DNA of 64,000 nt from the NCBI GenBank assembly GCA_028023455.1, contig JAQFVV010000010.1, positions 9,362,001 through 9,426,000 of the forward strand. Direction: 5' to 3'. Origin of the DNA: Epiperipatus broadwayi. Its lineage: Eukaryota; Animalia; Onychophora. The notes under the pieces were generated by a model, which did no database searches, had not been told where the DNA came from, and was given only the letters and a program-made list of their open reading frames with translations. Positions 13,448 to 27,985 of the stretch are shown one piece after another. Each line of letters opens with the position of its first letter. Positions within the stretch are counted from its first letter, which is position 1. A program made the translations under genes and the position numbers.

Positions 13448-13879
13448 TGTTGTATTCGTGTTGAGAAATAAACAGCGAGTTTTCTAGAGACAATTTACTC
13501 CAGAAGTTTTAGATTTATTTTATTGAAAATAAAAATAATTATAATGGAAAATAATTATAATTAAAAACAAGTTGTGGGATTATTTTTATCAGAGATAAAA
13601 ATAACTAATTAAAGTAAGAACAATAAAACGGATTTGGAAAACACGCGATTAAGTTTTCGGAATGTAGCAGATAAGACTTAACAAAAAAACTCAGAGGGAT
13701 ATATAAACTGCTAGAGGAAAACATCGCGCACTTGTTACAGTCTTGTTAACAGAAATGGATACGTAAAGCTATTAAGAGCTATTTGCGGCACAACGGTTTT
13801 AAGAGTTGTTCAGCCGAGTTCGATCGGATTGTGTTTTTCTACCCCTCTGAAAAAGCTTAGGGGCGAAGACATTACAACG
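13448..13879 (+). mobile_element. 3' LTR of the Mag-type element (~430 bp)
   Basis: Follows the PPT directly. Termini TGTTGTATT / ATTACAACG form an imperfect inverted repeat. TATATAAA at ~13700. Confidence 0.7.
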
Positions 13880-15519
13880 ACCATATTTGTAATCATAGCA
13901 TGAGCAAAAATAAAAATAGTAAGACTGTTGATACAGATTCATATTAAAATTATATTTCATGTATAAAACATGATAAACAGAGTAGCCTAAATTTCAAACA
14001 ACATTAATCACACACAAAAAAAATTGCCAAGTGCTTTCAATACTATATACCAGAATTAAAACTATACCTAGAAATAATTTCTTTGATGACAAAAAAGCTT
14101 CTATGTGTTGTGTATGTCTGTGGTGAGGAGGATAAGGGGGGGGGGATCTATATTGAAGTGTTCGACATTATCAGTAATTTTAAGAAAATTTGCAATAATT
14201 GGAAAATTAGTTATGCAACCTTAAAATATATTTTTTTAAATTTTCAGATTTAAGAATCAATCTAGAAATTTTTGAATTCTATAATAAGCTATACCAAGCA
14301 GTCTATAATTATTAGATTAAATAATCAAGAATTAAATTTGTTATAATTTTATCGATCTGGAATTTATATACTAGTGTAGTCTCCAATATTAGCACAATTA
14401 AATAACCAACGTCTACAAAATACAAACACTGATGGTAAAATAAATATAGGAATAATAAAACTGATAAATATTCGAAAGAAAATAATACCAATATCACCCT
14501 TTTCTTTTCAGAATGCAAAGGAAGGGAGGGGAGGACAGAAATCATTGAAGATAAATACCAACACAAAACAATTATAATTATCCAAATGATGGCACTTATT
14601 TAGCAATAAGATTTTACTTAAATAATCACTATTCAATGTATCTAGTAATAAGAAAATATCACAAAGAATAACATATAGCCTGTAAGAAAAGAAATTACAT
14701 TTGTAAAACTGAACAACTTAGCAAAACAAATTTTGATATTTCAATTTTTTAATTGGTGCATTATGATTTTGTTTGTTCATCACTTACTGCTTTCTATCAC
14801 AAATATTTAGATGTTTGGGGGATTAAGATAACATCATTTTATTACTCCCTACAAAAAGTTTTTTTTTTTTTTTGCCAATTAGGGGATGATAAAAGACTGA
14901 ATACATTGAGGTTTTATTAGAAATTCAAGAATTCTAAACTCAGTAATGTCTGGGCATATTGTTCATTGATAAAATTCAACAGTGAAATTTATTTTTCAAA
15001 CTATAATTACTATTTTAGAATTTAAGATAATGCTTAGTTAAAATATTGATAAATATATTAAAATTAATAATTTTGCATTTAGACTGAAATTGTCATGTAC
15101 CATAGATTCTGATGATAGATCACTTCTTTTGCATTCTATACATCAAATAATATCAAACTACATGCTTCAGACTTGATCATTCAGTTACACTTTATCCAAC
15201 AGCAACCAATTTGAAGAACTACTTTCAATTCAACTAAGATGCCATTATTCAAAATTGTTTCTAGTTGAAATACTGCAAATTCTCTAAAGACTTTATAATT
15301 TAACTTTGATTTTGAAAAATATAATCAGGAACAATTATATGCTGTAAATTATTGTAAATTCAATATCTAAAACATTTCATAATCACCATTTCCTATACTT
15401 ATACATGTACTGTAGCTTCTCCGTAAACGAAGTCAAGAATCTCTCAGCAATTATGCCCAGAGAAACCTGTTAGCCACTTTCTCAGTCTAAGTTTTCCCAT
15501 ATTCTGCTCCATCCCATTT

Positions 15520-15785
15520 TCACAACATAATCTTTGTCAATTCTATGGCCTTTATATCTAAATCCCCCTTATCTTTTCCCAAACCCAGCATAAAAACCAA
15601 TAATCCACTTTCTGTATAATCACTTTTTTCATATTTATTCTTCCATAATTTCATTATATGTATGCTTTCTGTTTTCAAGCATTTACATTCAATTAACAGA
15701 TGCCTAATATTTTCTATTCCTTCCTTACATAATTTACAGACTAGATCACCCATATTTTTCCATTTACATGTATATTCTCTTGTTG
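15520..15785 (-). pseudogene. LINE C-terminal zinc-finger (zf-RVT-like) fragment
   Basis: CKLCKEGIENIRHLLIEC matches the CxxC...E...HL..C motif of non-LTR ORF2 C-termini. Confidence 0.6.
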
Positions 15786-15786
15786 C

Positions 15787-16208
15787 TAACTCTCTATACA
15801 AGTAGTGCCACCCAGTGAAAGCCATAGTAATCATTGCATGCAAGAAAGTTTATACATAAAATCCCTATCTAGTGCATACTCATCCAATATCCCCAGACTA
15901 GTTTTCTAGCTTGTGGCTTTCTTTAATAAGAAATCTTTGATCTTAGAGCACTGCACCTAGATCTTAAGATCTAATGCAACCCTGCAACAGCTTTATAGTT
16001 AACTAAACATTTAAAAAAATGTTTCTGGAAGGTATAAAATTGAGGTGTAATGTTCTCAGATCCAAGACTCTTCACTGATGAAAGCCACAAACTAAAAACT
16101 AGTCTGGGGATATTGAATGAGTAGACACTAGACAGAGATTTTATGCACAAACATTGCATCCATTGATTATATGGTTTGCACTGGGCAGAACTATTGTAAG
16201 AGGAATTT
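15787..16208. mobile_element. HHR family A, 5'-to-5' inverted pair (minus 15787-15985, plus 16043-16208), cores decayed
   Basis: Plus copy has CTGATGA at 16075-16081, then AAGCCACAAACTAAAAACTAGTCTGGGG. The minus copy is homologous. Both match 39754-39905 and 49722-49860. Confidence 0.8.
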
Positions 16209-17114
16209 ACTACTGTTTTAAATTCAATACTTCAATGTTGCATTGGTTAAGAAAGGCCATTAAATGTTCTCGATGATCAAATTGATGTTATAAATTTTTT
16301 TGCTAAATCCATTTTCATAGATAAAAATAGAAATCAAACTCAAACATGATAATAAGTTATTTATCTCAGGTAAAGCTGAAGAAATAGAGTAAGGAATGAT
16401 AAAATATAAATGTACAATTAAGGAAGCAAATGCAATACAAATATCATAGCAGATGTTCATGGCTCAACAAAGAAAAAGAGAAAAGGCTAAAAATATTTTT
16501 TTTATAAAACCAATTGAATAACAAAGTTCTCTACACTAAATATCTAAAACCCAGACTCATGGAGAAAAGAGAAAAAAGGAAACATTCTCAAAATATTTTT
16601 TTGGTGTTTAATATAAACAAAAATAAAAACATACTTACTATCTAGAATGATACCATAAACATAACTGAGAATTTTATACTATTAAATGAATGCATAACAA
16701 AAACAGTCTGATGTACTCTAAAACCCAATAAATTAACAAAAAAAATACAAACTGGAGTAAAAGCAACAAATACTCTCTTTCTGACCCATCTATAGTAAAA
16801 ATAAATAATCAATGGAAACAATATTGTAAAGCTATCTAAATTCCCAGGCTAATTTCCAGTTATTAGCCTTTGCCAAAGAGAGTACTGGATTGCACATACA
16901 CACTCAGCAACAGTTGTATTTCTAATGACTGAATGCTTCAAATCTCATAAAATAATTTACTTGCTTAGTTATCTGAAAATTATAAATTTTAGTAAATTAT
17001 GCTTGCAGCAATAAATTATTTTTCTCTAACCACATTTTTTCCATTAATGTAAACTTTAGTAATCAATAAATACCAGATGGTAGAGCTTAATAAATCTCTA
17101 TTCAGTGCTGTACT

Positions 17115-18010
17115 ATTCAATATCCACAGACTGATCTCTAGCTTATGGTTTTCATCAGTGAAAGCTTTTGGATGTGGGACAATAACCTTGGATTTTTTTG
17201 ATCTAATGCAACATTCCTCTAGCAGCCATTTTTTATTTTTTTATTTTGTTATCAAGATACTAGTCCAAATTGAAAAGATGTTAATGTTATCAATCCAAGT
17301 CAATTTTTCCATATAAGATGTTGATAATCTAGTTTTTTAAAAACCTAGTCACTTTTATCCCTGACAGGATTGGTTACATGACTTCTGTTTACATCAATGC
17401 TGTTCAACAAAAAAAAAAAATTCTTTCACAATATTTTTGCTACCAAGCATACGTTTTAATAACCACTAGAAATCAAGTTATAGTGCTTACTAAATCTGTC
17501 CACTCCTGTCTTATCCAATATTCCAAAACTAGTTCCAGCTCATACATTTTTGGGAATCTCACTTATGAAAGCCATATTCTAGAAACTATTAGGCATGTTG
17601 AATAGGATAGAATTGGATAGGAATTTAATAACCACTATCATTTATCATCATTTGATTATTAAAGCTTATTCTACATGGTAAAAATATGTTAGGAGGAAAT
17701 GACTTTATTACTGACTAGTACGTTGTAAGCATAAATATGACTATAATTTTTAAAAAACTAAGATTATATATAGATACAAAACTGATTTCAGATGTATATA
17801 ACAATACAGGGAAATTGCTTGAATTGAAAACATTGACATGTTTTTCAATTTGAACCAAAGAAGTAAAAAACGGTTGCTAGAGGAAAGGTGCATTATATCT
17901 AAAAGAGTCTAGATACACTGCCACCAGATTCAAAAGCTCCTCCCAGATCAAAGTCATAAGTTAGAAACTAGTCTGACATTATTGGATAGGGTAACACTAT
18001 ATAGGCACTA
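17115..18010. mobile_element. Three heavily decayed HHR family A copies (minus 17115-17215; plus 17555-17606; plus 17887-18010)
   Basis: TTTTCATCAGTG at 17149-17160; CTTATGAAAGCCATATTCTAGAAACTA at 17562; AAGTCATAAGTTAGAAACTAGTCTG at 17951. Confidence 0.6.
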
Positions 18011-21000
18011 AATACGCACTACCTCTTGGTATCTATCAACTACTTAAACTTACATTAGGTGACAAAATATGATGAAAGAAAAATTATTTTGTTGTTGAAC
18101 AAGATGATGTAAGCAGGGATCATATAATGCCTTATTGCTTATATGCTTATTGTAGGTGACATCAATTCTTTGCAAATGATTAACAAGTTACTAAAGTATA
18201 CAATTGCTGTTTTAGTGTCAGACCTAAGTGGCTACACAAGACATTTGGCTTTGGTTCAAACTCTTTGAGAATTTGAAGTTTTTTAGTAATTTGCTTGAAT
18301 AATATTGAAGAAGCAAAAAATGTTGCTGAATATGTAAGTCCAATTCAGTAATTCTCAGTATGAAATTTACTTACTATAATAGTTAACGATTAGACTAGAT
18401 TGATTACTTTTGATAAAGATACTGATTGTAAGCTGAAAAATTTTGTGATGCTTTATTTATAAATCTGATTGTATATTTCAAAGTGAGGTTTATTCTTTTA
18501 GATTCTAGCCTATTATTGATATAATTGCTTCATTTTAGTTCTCATTTTAAATGATTTTTATTATTATTTTAATAAAACGTTTATTTCCTTTCACTTGACA
18601 AATGTTTGATTAATTATTAAATCATTGAAAGTTAATATGTATTAAATTTTTATAAGTATTTATAAATTATTTTAAATAAAATTAATACTGCACATTTAAA
18701 GATATAAAATTATTTCAAAATGTTTTTTATTATTTGTTAAATATTTCAAATAATATAAAACAGCTATGTAGTTTAGATTTCTTTTAATAACACATAATGA
18801 TATTAGGAATACATTGAAGGAATATAATTACAAGTAACTCGAAGGGTAACAATAAGACATGTGATACACTGTAACAAATAAAAATTATGTAAATAAATAT
18901 TGTATTCATTGTATTTAACAAACATATGCTTAATCCTTGGGGATAAGAACTTAAAAATTTATATATAAACATTCATACATATATGTTGTGCTAAATAATT
19001 ACTGGTATGCTTAGTTCAAGATTTCAGGCGTTTGATCTGTTGTCGTGTTCTTATCGATTTTTAGTATAACAGTATCTATTTATCATTAAATATGTAAACG
19101 TGGATATAACCTGGCTGACTGTAACAGAACTCTTTTACAAAAGACACTTTAAAATCCTGTTGCGATGAGCATCTATATCTGTGATAATAACAATGGATAT
19201 ATATAACACAGTTAAACAATTGCAGTGCTAAATATATGCATAATGCTCAAAATTACTACCATCTTGAAGTTAACTGTTGCTAATGAATAATTCATCTGCC
19301 GTCTAGCATTTAATATTTTATGCAGTATAATAACATAAGGCACAATAAAAAATAGCTATCCTTTCATTGTATAAATGATAAAATATTGTATTTAGTGGGC
19401 AGATTAATTATTTATAGCAATTCATTTCAAGTGAGTAATTTCAAGCCCTACATATATAAATACACATACGTTCAAACATTTACACACAGATGTATATATA
19501 TGCATATCATATATATATATGCTGATTCTTTGTTTATTACTAATTACTGCATTGGATTTATTCACTGGGCACCTCTCATCATCATTGATAAATAAAATAC
19601 TTTTTTAAAAAAAATCATAGTATTAAACAAAATATATATGTATAATATCTGTTGCATAGAAACAGGCAAAAAGGTATATAACATCAATCTGAATATAATC
19701 TATAAATTAATTCTTTCATTTGATTATGCATGTTAAATAAATTTAATTTGATAAATAGAAAAAAAAAAAGATTTTTGCCTGCGCAAAGTAAATGACATTA
19801 GGTTTTCTTGATTAAAATAGAAGATATCTCACCCAATAGGACATGCTTTAGAGTGATTATGATGACGAGGCCCCTTGATCTTTTCTTCCAGGGAATGAAA
19901 TTACTGATCTAAGTCCTTTAACAGAACTCTGCAGGATTACAAAAGGAAGAGACATTAGTCAAAAACAAAACACAAAATTAAACAAAGGGAAAGAAACAAA
20001 CAATAATAAATAAAAATGAGAATAGAAAAAGATTATAAAATATTATAACTTATATATTGATCAATACACATTGAATTAATATTGTGCAGTGCAGTAATAA
20101 GATCATAAATAAAAGTGAAATATAGTATATATAATTCAAATTATCCTAGTCAAATATAAAAAAATACCAGATGTAAGTTTTATACCTTTACAAAAAAAAA
20201 AAAAATTATTTAAAAAGAAACTTAGATAATACACAATACTTTATTTAATAATAAGTTGTTTTACTTATAAATATATAAATACATTTTACCTCTACTGAAG
20301 CATAAAAAAAATCCATATATAGTATATACTTTCCCAGAAATCTTACATAAATTTTCACTCATAAAAACTGGGCTCAATGGGTATGTGTAATAGAACTGTA
20401 TCCACCTGCACACTCTAGTGATAAATAATTGCACCAGAGATATAATAGAATGCTTTAATAATGCAGTAAGAATAAATCATTATTACAGAAATTATTCTCA
20501 GAGTTTGAAATCTGTTTTCCATAATATCTATAATAGGTTTATGTGATGGAATTTAAATTTAGGTAACTACCCAATATAGTTATGATAGAGATTGATTGAT
20601 TCTAGTCAAGATATGCAATTGGTAAGTGGTATTTTTTAAATAAATTTGTAAAGTAAGGACTCAAACATTTGAAACCTGGGTATTATTGAATTTTTAATTC
20701 AAAAAACTAATAAAATATATTAACAAAAGACTCTTTGGGACCAATAAACTTCTTTTCCACAAGAATGCTTAATATACATATAAACTAAATGATTAATGCT
20801 ATTGCAGGTTCTGCATATGAAACTGAATTATTAAGAAATCCATAATTTCATCTTAACAACAAAAAGATATTCATAAGAAATCAATCGTTTTTTCTGCCAT
20901 AGAAGATGATGCAATTGTGTACACACAACTATAGAATTTTGTCATTATTCAATAAGTTGTCAAACATTGTCAGAGTGAGATTACTTATTTTCTTTTGATG

Positions 21001-22435
21001 TTGTTTTATATTGTTAATATTACACTGACAATAAAAAGAAAACAATTATTATTATCAACTTAAAAGAATTACAAAACTGGTAAACAAATGCATAGACATT
21101 TTTTTATGTATAGATCTGTATAATACTTGTGAATGTGTCTGTTCATATATTGGAAACATTAAATAAAATCCATCTAATATTAGGCCTCTTTTTCACCTCT
21201 ATTGGGATCCAAATTCTTGATCTATCAACCTCTTCCAGTGATTCTAAGATAATTTATAAATAAATACATATATATGACTCAAATTATTGAGGCACACTTC
21301 ACTAAATTCTGTATAAATCAAGATATTATGTAAGTTAATATTTTTTATTTATTGGGTTTACATTCTTGTTTTTTATGTCAAATAAAAAAATTCATAGTGA
21401 GTTTAAAATGCTAATACATCAGGCGTTATGCAGATTTATAAAATTATATATACCACTTTTTGGACAAAGTAATGCAAGGTACTTTTTTGTTAGTGGCATG
21501 GGAACCATTCGCGATGAATCATCGTCTTTTATCTTCCTTTTTCAATCATTGTTTAGCACACATTATGTTAACATTTTACAGGTTGAAATTATAGCCAGAA
21601 TTTACATCATACTCAAGAAACGCTGACTTATATATATATATATTAATTAATATATGATAATTTATTACTAAGATAAAAAAAAAGTCTCAAACTATTATTA
21701 TTATTTTTTAAATTATAATAATATTTATAATTTAATTAGCATATCAGATCCAATTGATCTAAAAATTATAAATTATAGATTAGCTTTTAATATATATCAA
21801 ATTCTTAAATGTTAAATTACTTTCTGTGGTTTATTTTTAAAGCAGATATGCTATAAATGTTGAGAAAAATAATCCAAAATTGTTTTTATAAATACTTCTT
21901 TAATTAATTAATAATGAATTTTAATATATATATACTTGAGTCTTCTATTAGATATTTTGCTTAACATTTGCTTATATATCTATAATGCAATATATATAAT
22001 AATAATAATTTTCATGATCCTTAACTGCATGAATAATTTCCTGCCTTTCTTTATATTATGCAAAAATGTTAACAAATATTTGATATATATATATATTATT
22101 ACATTATATTAAACCATAACCAATTTTATACTTTTTCAATACCTTTCTATGTTTTGATAGTCTACGAGATACAATTTTCTAAGAAAAAATTTTAAATGCT
22201 TATTTAAAATTTTGGGAATTGTTAAAATATGCACGAATTTACCTCCCCATACATATAAAATATGTACACATTTATATACACACACACATATATATAATAA
22301 ATATGTATAACTATAGGAATATTGTATAGATATGCAGATTTTAACTTTTTATTCATGTTTTGTTCTAATTTTACATTGCAAATTTTATATTTGTAAATTT
22401 GTGTATAGTGTCATAAACAATTTTTTATGCATATG

Positions 22436-22960
22436 TATATAATTAGAAGGGACTTAAACTCAGACTTTCAAGCTCCCTACAGCTATATACTTTATCTTAT
22501 ACAACTGATACACATGGACCACATACATGTGAAAAAGATAAATAATCTTCAATATACATATTTCATGCTGAACTAGCACTCATCAGTTGGTCCAGATCAC
22601 CATCTCCCACACATATATACAATTAGTGCTCAGTTTATACTAAGATAGAATATCTTCAAACATTAATTGATGTCTGAAAAGTTGAAGGGTGGAGAAGATT
22701 GAAGCCTGTCCTTTAAAGTTTGAGGATTTGCTATCTTAATATAAATCGAGAACTGATTATATATATGTGTGTGGGGGGGATGATGATCTGGACCAACTGA
22801 TGAGTGCTGGTTCAGCACAAAATACATATATTGGAGATCATTTATTTTTTTCACTTATATGGCATCATGTGCATCAGTTATATAAGATGGAGTGGATAGC
22901 TGTAGGGAGCTTGAAAGTCTGTATTCAAATCTCTTTTAATTACATTAAGTTTAGGGTAGA
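22436..22960. mobile_element. HHR family C, 5'-to-5' inverted pair (minus 22436-22670, plus 22671-22960)
   Basis: Minus core TCATCAG at 22580-22586. Plus core CTGATGA-GTGCT-GGTTC-AGCAC-AAAA at 22797-22822. Decayed B-box-like segments at the outer ends. Confidence 0.85.
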
Positions 22961-23036
22961 TAATATACTTGCATTTAAACATGCATATATATATATATAT
23001 ATATATTATAAATCGATGTCTGTATTTCTTCAAAAT

Positions 23037-23246
23037 AATATACGCAAATTTACAAATAAATATTTAAAAATACAGTATTTAAAAGCTTATAAATATATAT
23101 ATATATATATATATGTATAACAGTCACTTTAGGAGCACTTTCAACTAACTTGTAGCTTTGTCAACTATCACCTTTAAAACATATATATTTTTTTATAAGC
23201 TTTTAAATACTGTATTTTTAAATATTTATTTGTAAATTTGCATATA
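23037..23246. repeat. Inverted repeat with ~56-bp arms around a (TA)n-flanked spacer
   Basis: GCAAATTTACAAATAAATATTTAAAAATACAGTATTTAAAAGCTTATAAA is mirrored at 23191-23246. Confidence 0.85.
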
Positions 23247-24332
23247 TATATATATAGTATACATGTTGATATAACCACATATACATCCCTGTGTATGCGT
23301 AGATATTTAAGTGTGTATGTTTATATAAGAATGTGTAAATAAATTTATATATTTTTTAATAATTTCAAAAATCAAAAACATGTATTTAATGTGTTTTGTT
23401 ATAAACTTATTTTCCATTTTCAAAAGATTACTAGACAGTGGAATTTTAGGAAAAATAAAAATATTAAAAAAGTATAAAATTAGTCAGGCACTATTATTAC
23501 AAAATCAAGATATCCAATACAATATGGAAAAAGGAAACTATGATAGATAAAACATTGGTTTAATCTTTTATAATAAAAACATTATATGAAAATTCTTGTG
23601 GGAATGATCTAGATAAAAATTCCATTTAGATTAAAGTCCTTGTTTTTAAAAAAAGCACTACTGGATTGATAGACAGAATCATCATCTTGTAATCTTAAAG
23701 TACTAAATAATTAATCACAAAATATAACATATATATACACTCACATCTGGAAAATGTTTGTGGAATTTTCCAATTTTAGTTTCTAGAGAGACAACCTTTG
23801 ATTTGTGTTTTGTTGCAACAAAAATAATTATCATTTGCTTAATGATTTACTGATGAAATCCTTGTCTCCTTAACCAAAAATATATCATAGAATTCATGTA
23901 ATCATAGTTGACTATCGATTTATTCCAAAATGGATTTTTAAAGAAAGCTGAATGGAATCAGTATAAAGGATACTTTTAAAAAGCTATTATTAAAATGCCA
24001 TCTAGACTCATTTGTATAAAAATTTTGTCAAAATTATTATAGTTGACAATACAGAAAGAAATTCATTATAAATTAGAATAAAATCAGAAATGACTTTTAT
24101 ATTCTATGGAAAGTGCTAACAAATGAACTTATTGATAATAAAAAAAAAGAAACACCACTTCAAAATCCAGCTTAAAATCGTGAACTCTTATATAAGTTAC
24201 ATTATTTTTAAAAATTGCCATAAATCTGTGACATTATTAATCTTATGTATAAAATAGAACCAAATTGAAAGAAGTGGGGAAAAATCATTAAATTAGAAGT
24301 ATAGGATTTGTCATAATATTTCTTTTAGCTGT

Positions 24333-24562
24333 AACCTAATAAAACTAGTAGATATTGGTAAATATAAACTAGGATAGACATCAAAAGCAACTAATACTTC
24401 TAGAGTTTTAACCTAATAAAACTAGTAGATATTGCTAAATATAAACTAGAATAGACATCAAAAGCAAATAATATCTTCTAGAGTTTTAATAAAATTAATA
24501 GATATTGATGGAAATAAATTAAGATAGACTTCAAAAGCAAATAATATACTTCTAGAGTTTTA
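24333..24562. repeat. ~77-bp tandem repeat, 3 diverging units
   Basis: Units contain TAATAAAACTAGTAGATATTG...GATAGACATCAAAAGCAA...CTTCTAGAGTTTTA. Confidence 0.85.
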
Positions 24563-26314
24563 AAAAATTTTAAATCACAAGACCAAAGTATGCTGAAAAT
24601 ATTCATCATTAGCAATACAGGAACAGTTTCAATGACTTGTCATAAATGCAAGATTATATTAATCTTACAACCTAACTGTGATCCAAAAATTATGTCAGAA
24701 TATTCTTATTAAGACAATTTTCTATAAGTTCTCTGAAAGAATAATCATAACAAGAATTATAGCAATAATTGAGAAACAAATTCTTTCAGAATAAAATGAA
24801 ATATTACAGTATAAAATAAAGAAAGTACTACGTTTGTTGATGTAATTTCAATTTACAATTCTAAAAAATATAGTTGTTCATATTTGGTTCACTTACTTAT
24901 TTTATTTAACATATTCATTAATGTTTTCACAGAAATAGAATGCAGCAATAAAATAGAAATTCATCTATATTCATAGTGGTGCCGTTGCTTCATAAAAAAT
25001 ATCCATCTCAAAAAAATATATAGTATTTTTATAATGATATTTAAATATTGGAAATATTTTTAAAAGACTGAGACCTTATCACTGATGTTATAAAGATAAT
25101 ATGTTCAACTTTATATCTAATTAGCATTGAAGTATCTAGTAATCTGAATATAGTTTTTTTGCAATAAAAGACCATATTCTATGTTACTCATCTAGATAAA
25201 AACTCAATTAATTTCAAGAAAAAAACTTTTTTGAAAAGCTATCATTACTTGATTATATGATACAAATATTCTAAGGGCGGCTTCCATGGTACTTTTGCTC
25301 TAATATTAAGTGTTTACACCGCAATTTCTAAATATTAATTAGAAAATTATTACTGGTGTACTCAAATCAATTCCTTTGTATTAGCTATACTTTTATTTAT
25401 TCTTCTATAAGATATCAGAATATCAGTAGCATCATAAAAAATATATATTAGAAGCTATTAATTAGATTAAATGAATAACTCCAGGCAGTTTAATCACATA
25501 ATATACACAAATTATTTTTCTGAATATTCAACCAAAAATATCCTATGTGTCAAAAAAATGGACTTCATGTAAAATCCTAAAGAAATTTCTTTTTCCAGCC
25601 TAACGTTAATATGAGAAAAATTTGATCTTTCTAGACAGATTTCTAATTATCACTTCACTTATTTGCTTTAGAATTAAATTGAACAGCCTTTGACATTATA
25701 TAGTCATATCTATATTGTGAAAGAACACTGTATATGATGCTTAGTTCTATGATAATAATTGAATTTTAAGCTATCATAACATAAATGAACATTTCCTTAT
25801 TTCAAAACCTATCAATAATTATATATCAGAGTTAATAAACATGAATTCTGCAATTAAATTGAAATATTTATAAATGAGCATTTTATTTGCTTTTTTTTTT
25901 TGTTTTTTAGAAGAAAAAGTTGAATAGATACATTTGTAGTTTTATTGATTTAGTTGATTAATACATATGCACTTAATTATGTAACAATGGCTTTAATGTT
26001 TGGTTTTAGTGATGTCATAAAATGAGAAATTATTTAACAAGGTTTCAAACATTGAAGGACAATCAATGGCCAACACTAAGCAGTCACATATAAAATTTAT
26101 GTAGGCTGTTTTTAAAAACAGACTGGGTGGTCAGAAAAGTTTTATTGGCAATTTAAGAGAGAATGGTCATAAAGCACAAAAGTCTGGGAATCCACACACA
26201 TGACATTATACTACACTATTATAACATAGAAAAACTTCAGTTTGCTGCTATAGCCATCAAAATAAATGACTAATTTCCTGAAATGTATTAATTGTAGCTG
26301 ATGTTGTAAAGATG

Positions 26315-26388
26315 TAGCCTGCTTGACCTTCTAAAATGTTAATCTCCATTTTAGCCTGCTTGACCTTCTAAAATGTTAATTTCCATTT
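26315..26388. repeat. 37-bp tandem duplication
   Basis: TAGCCTGCTTGACCTTCTAAAATGTTAAT(C/T)TCCATTT twice. Confidence 0.9.
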
Positions 26389-26824
26389 TTTGAATTAGCC
26401 TCTCTCTCTTGGGTTGTGATCAACTAAATATAAAAGACTTAACTTCCAAATCTCAAATGAAGATGTAATTAAATTATAATGCTTTCCTGAAGAAGAAATC
26501 TCAAAAAAGAAGAAATTTGTCAGTTTAAGAACAGCCCGTCAAAAAAAGATATACATCTTAGAAAAAATTTCAACAGTCTAGAGTTTGCATTCCAGGACAC
26601 TTTGATCTTCCAAAATTCAAACTAGTTTACAAGATTCAAAAATCTTATGCAAATTTGTAAAATTTAATTAGAATTCAGACTTTTAAAAATCTCTAAAATT
26701 GAATATATTTATATTTATTTGTTAAACCCAGATTATAATTTTTATCACTAATTTTACTTACATTTAATTTTTTTATCTTATTATTTATGCTATCATATAT
26801 TTCATTGATTAGTATTTAGTAATA

Positions 26825-27770
26825 TTTGGTCTAATGGATTATCAAGATGTAAACCTGGGATATTATCATATTCTGAAAAATATTTATCAAGGTACACCAG
26901 CAATGATGATTAGATTACATGGTGATTCTAAGAATATTAACTTTGAGAAGGGCACGGAACAGAATGATTCTATGCCTCAAAAACTTTTTACTGCAGATTT
27001 ATTTGCCGATTAAAATGGGAAACTAAGGAAATAAATGTAAAGGGAAATTATTAAAGGAGATTTTGCAGATGATATAATTGTTTTTGCAAATAATGTTTCT
27101 GAGCTTTAGGAAATATTGCAAAAGTTATCAGATGAAATTAAAAAGGTAGAATTAAAGACAAATACTAGAAACACCAATATTCAATGAATAATTCTCAGAA
27201 AAAAAACAAAGATTGATGATAATAAACTAGAAGTTGTACAACTACAAATATCTTGTCAGATTATTAATACAGATGTAAATATAATGGATGACATATTAGT
27301 ATTAAATGTAAATATGCCTGTGTTTAAAAAAGTTTTTAACATAGACATATATATGTTTTATCATTTCTTACTCATGGACCTGGCATTTGAACATTTAACA
27401 GAAAATCAATACAGAAACTTCAGACTAATCCATGATATGGAAAGACATGTAATAGGATAACAAGAAGAGATGATCTAAAATGAAATACCTAGGTAAGAGA
27501 GCAAACAGATAATACTCACATCATTGAAAGGAATTAGACTGAAATGAAGCTGGGCCGAATGTATTGTTAAAAGAGATGAGAATAGATCAACAGTTGAAGT
27601 TTTAAATTGGATCCCAAAATATAAAGATTTAGAAAAAAACTATATGTGACATGGATAAATGAAATAAGGAAGTTAGCTGGTATAATGTGAAGAACAAATG
27701 CTATGGATTAAAGAAATTGGATTAATCTTGGAGAGACATTCATCCTGCAGTTAAATAATAAAGATTGAAA
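26825..27770 (+). mobile_element. 5'-truncated RTE-clade LINE RT relic
   Basis: EKGTEQNDSMPQKLF (GVRQGD.LSPKLF), FADDIIV and C-terminal LGETFILQL. Many stops. Confidence 0.75.
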
Positions 27771-27934
27771 ATGAGACATTTATATTTTTTTAAATTATTT
27801 AATTTTAATTGTTTAAATTATTAAATTTACTTATCAAATTATAATGACGATAATTATGAAATTATTTTAAAATCAAATATTATACATAAAAGTAAAATTA
27901 TTAATGATATATTTAATCTGTATTAAAATTGTAT

Positions 27935-27985
27935 TGCATCTCTGATGAAGACTGCAGATCAGCTGTTGAAATTAAATAAAAGATA
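27935..27985 (+). ncRNA. Decayed hammerhead-like core, family D
   Basis: CTGATGA at 27942-27948, then A-GACTGCAGATCAGCTGTT-GAAA. Shares GACTGCAG with the 35.4, 35.5 and 47.7 kb copies. Confidence 0.45.

Larger units (their letters stand above)
11883..13879 (+). mobile_element. Non-autonomous Mag-type Ty3/Gypsy LTR element (PBS-gag-PPT-3'LTR, no pol)
   Basis: PBS-like TGGCGCAGTC at 11883, gag relic, PPT GAGGGGAGGAAG at 13436-13447, then TGTTGTATT...ATTACAACG. No protease, RT or integrase motifs between gag and PPT. Confidence 0.75.

Noticed and set aside
13405-13876. TGTAAC...ATTACA as an independent solo LTR
   Set aside because: No TSD. A clear PPT at 13436-13447 places the LTR start at 13448.
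19892-19960. LRR-like peptide GNEITDLSPLTELCRI after a TTCCAG acceptor
   Set aside because: No good donor downstream, a stop just upstream in frame and no partner exons; may be chance.
23450-25700. Possible L1/Tx1-type RT relic
   Set aside because: Only vague motif echoes; no diagnostic motif could be read.
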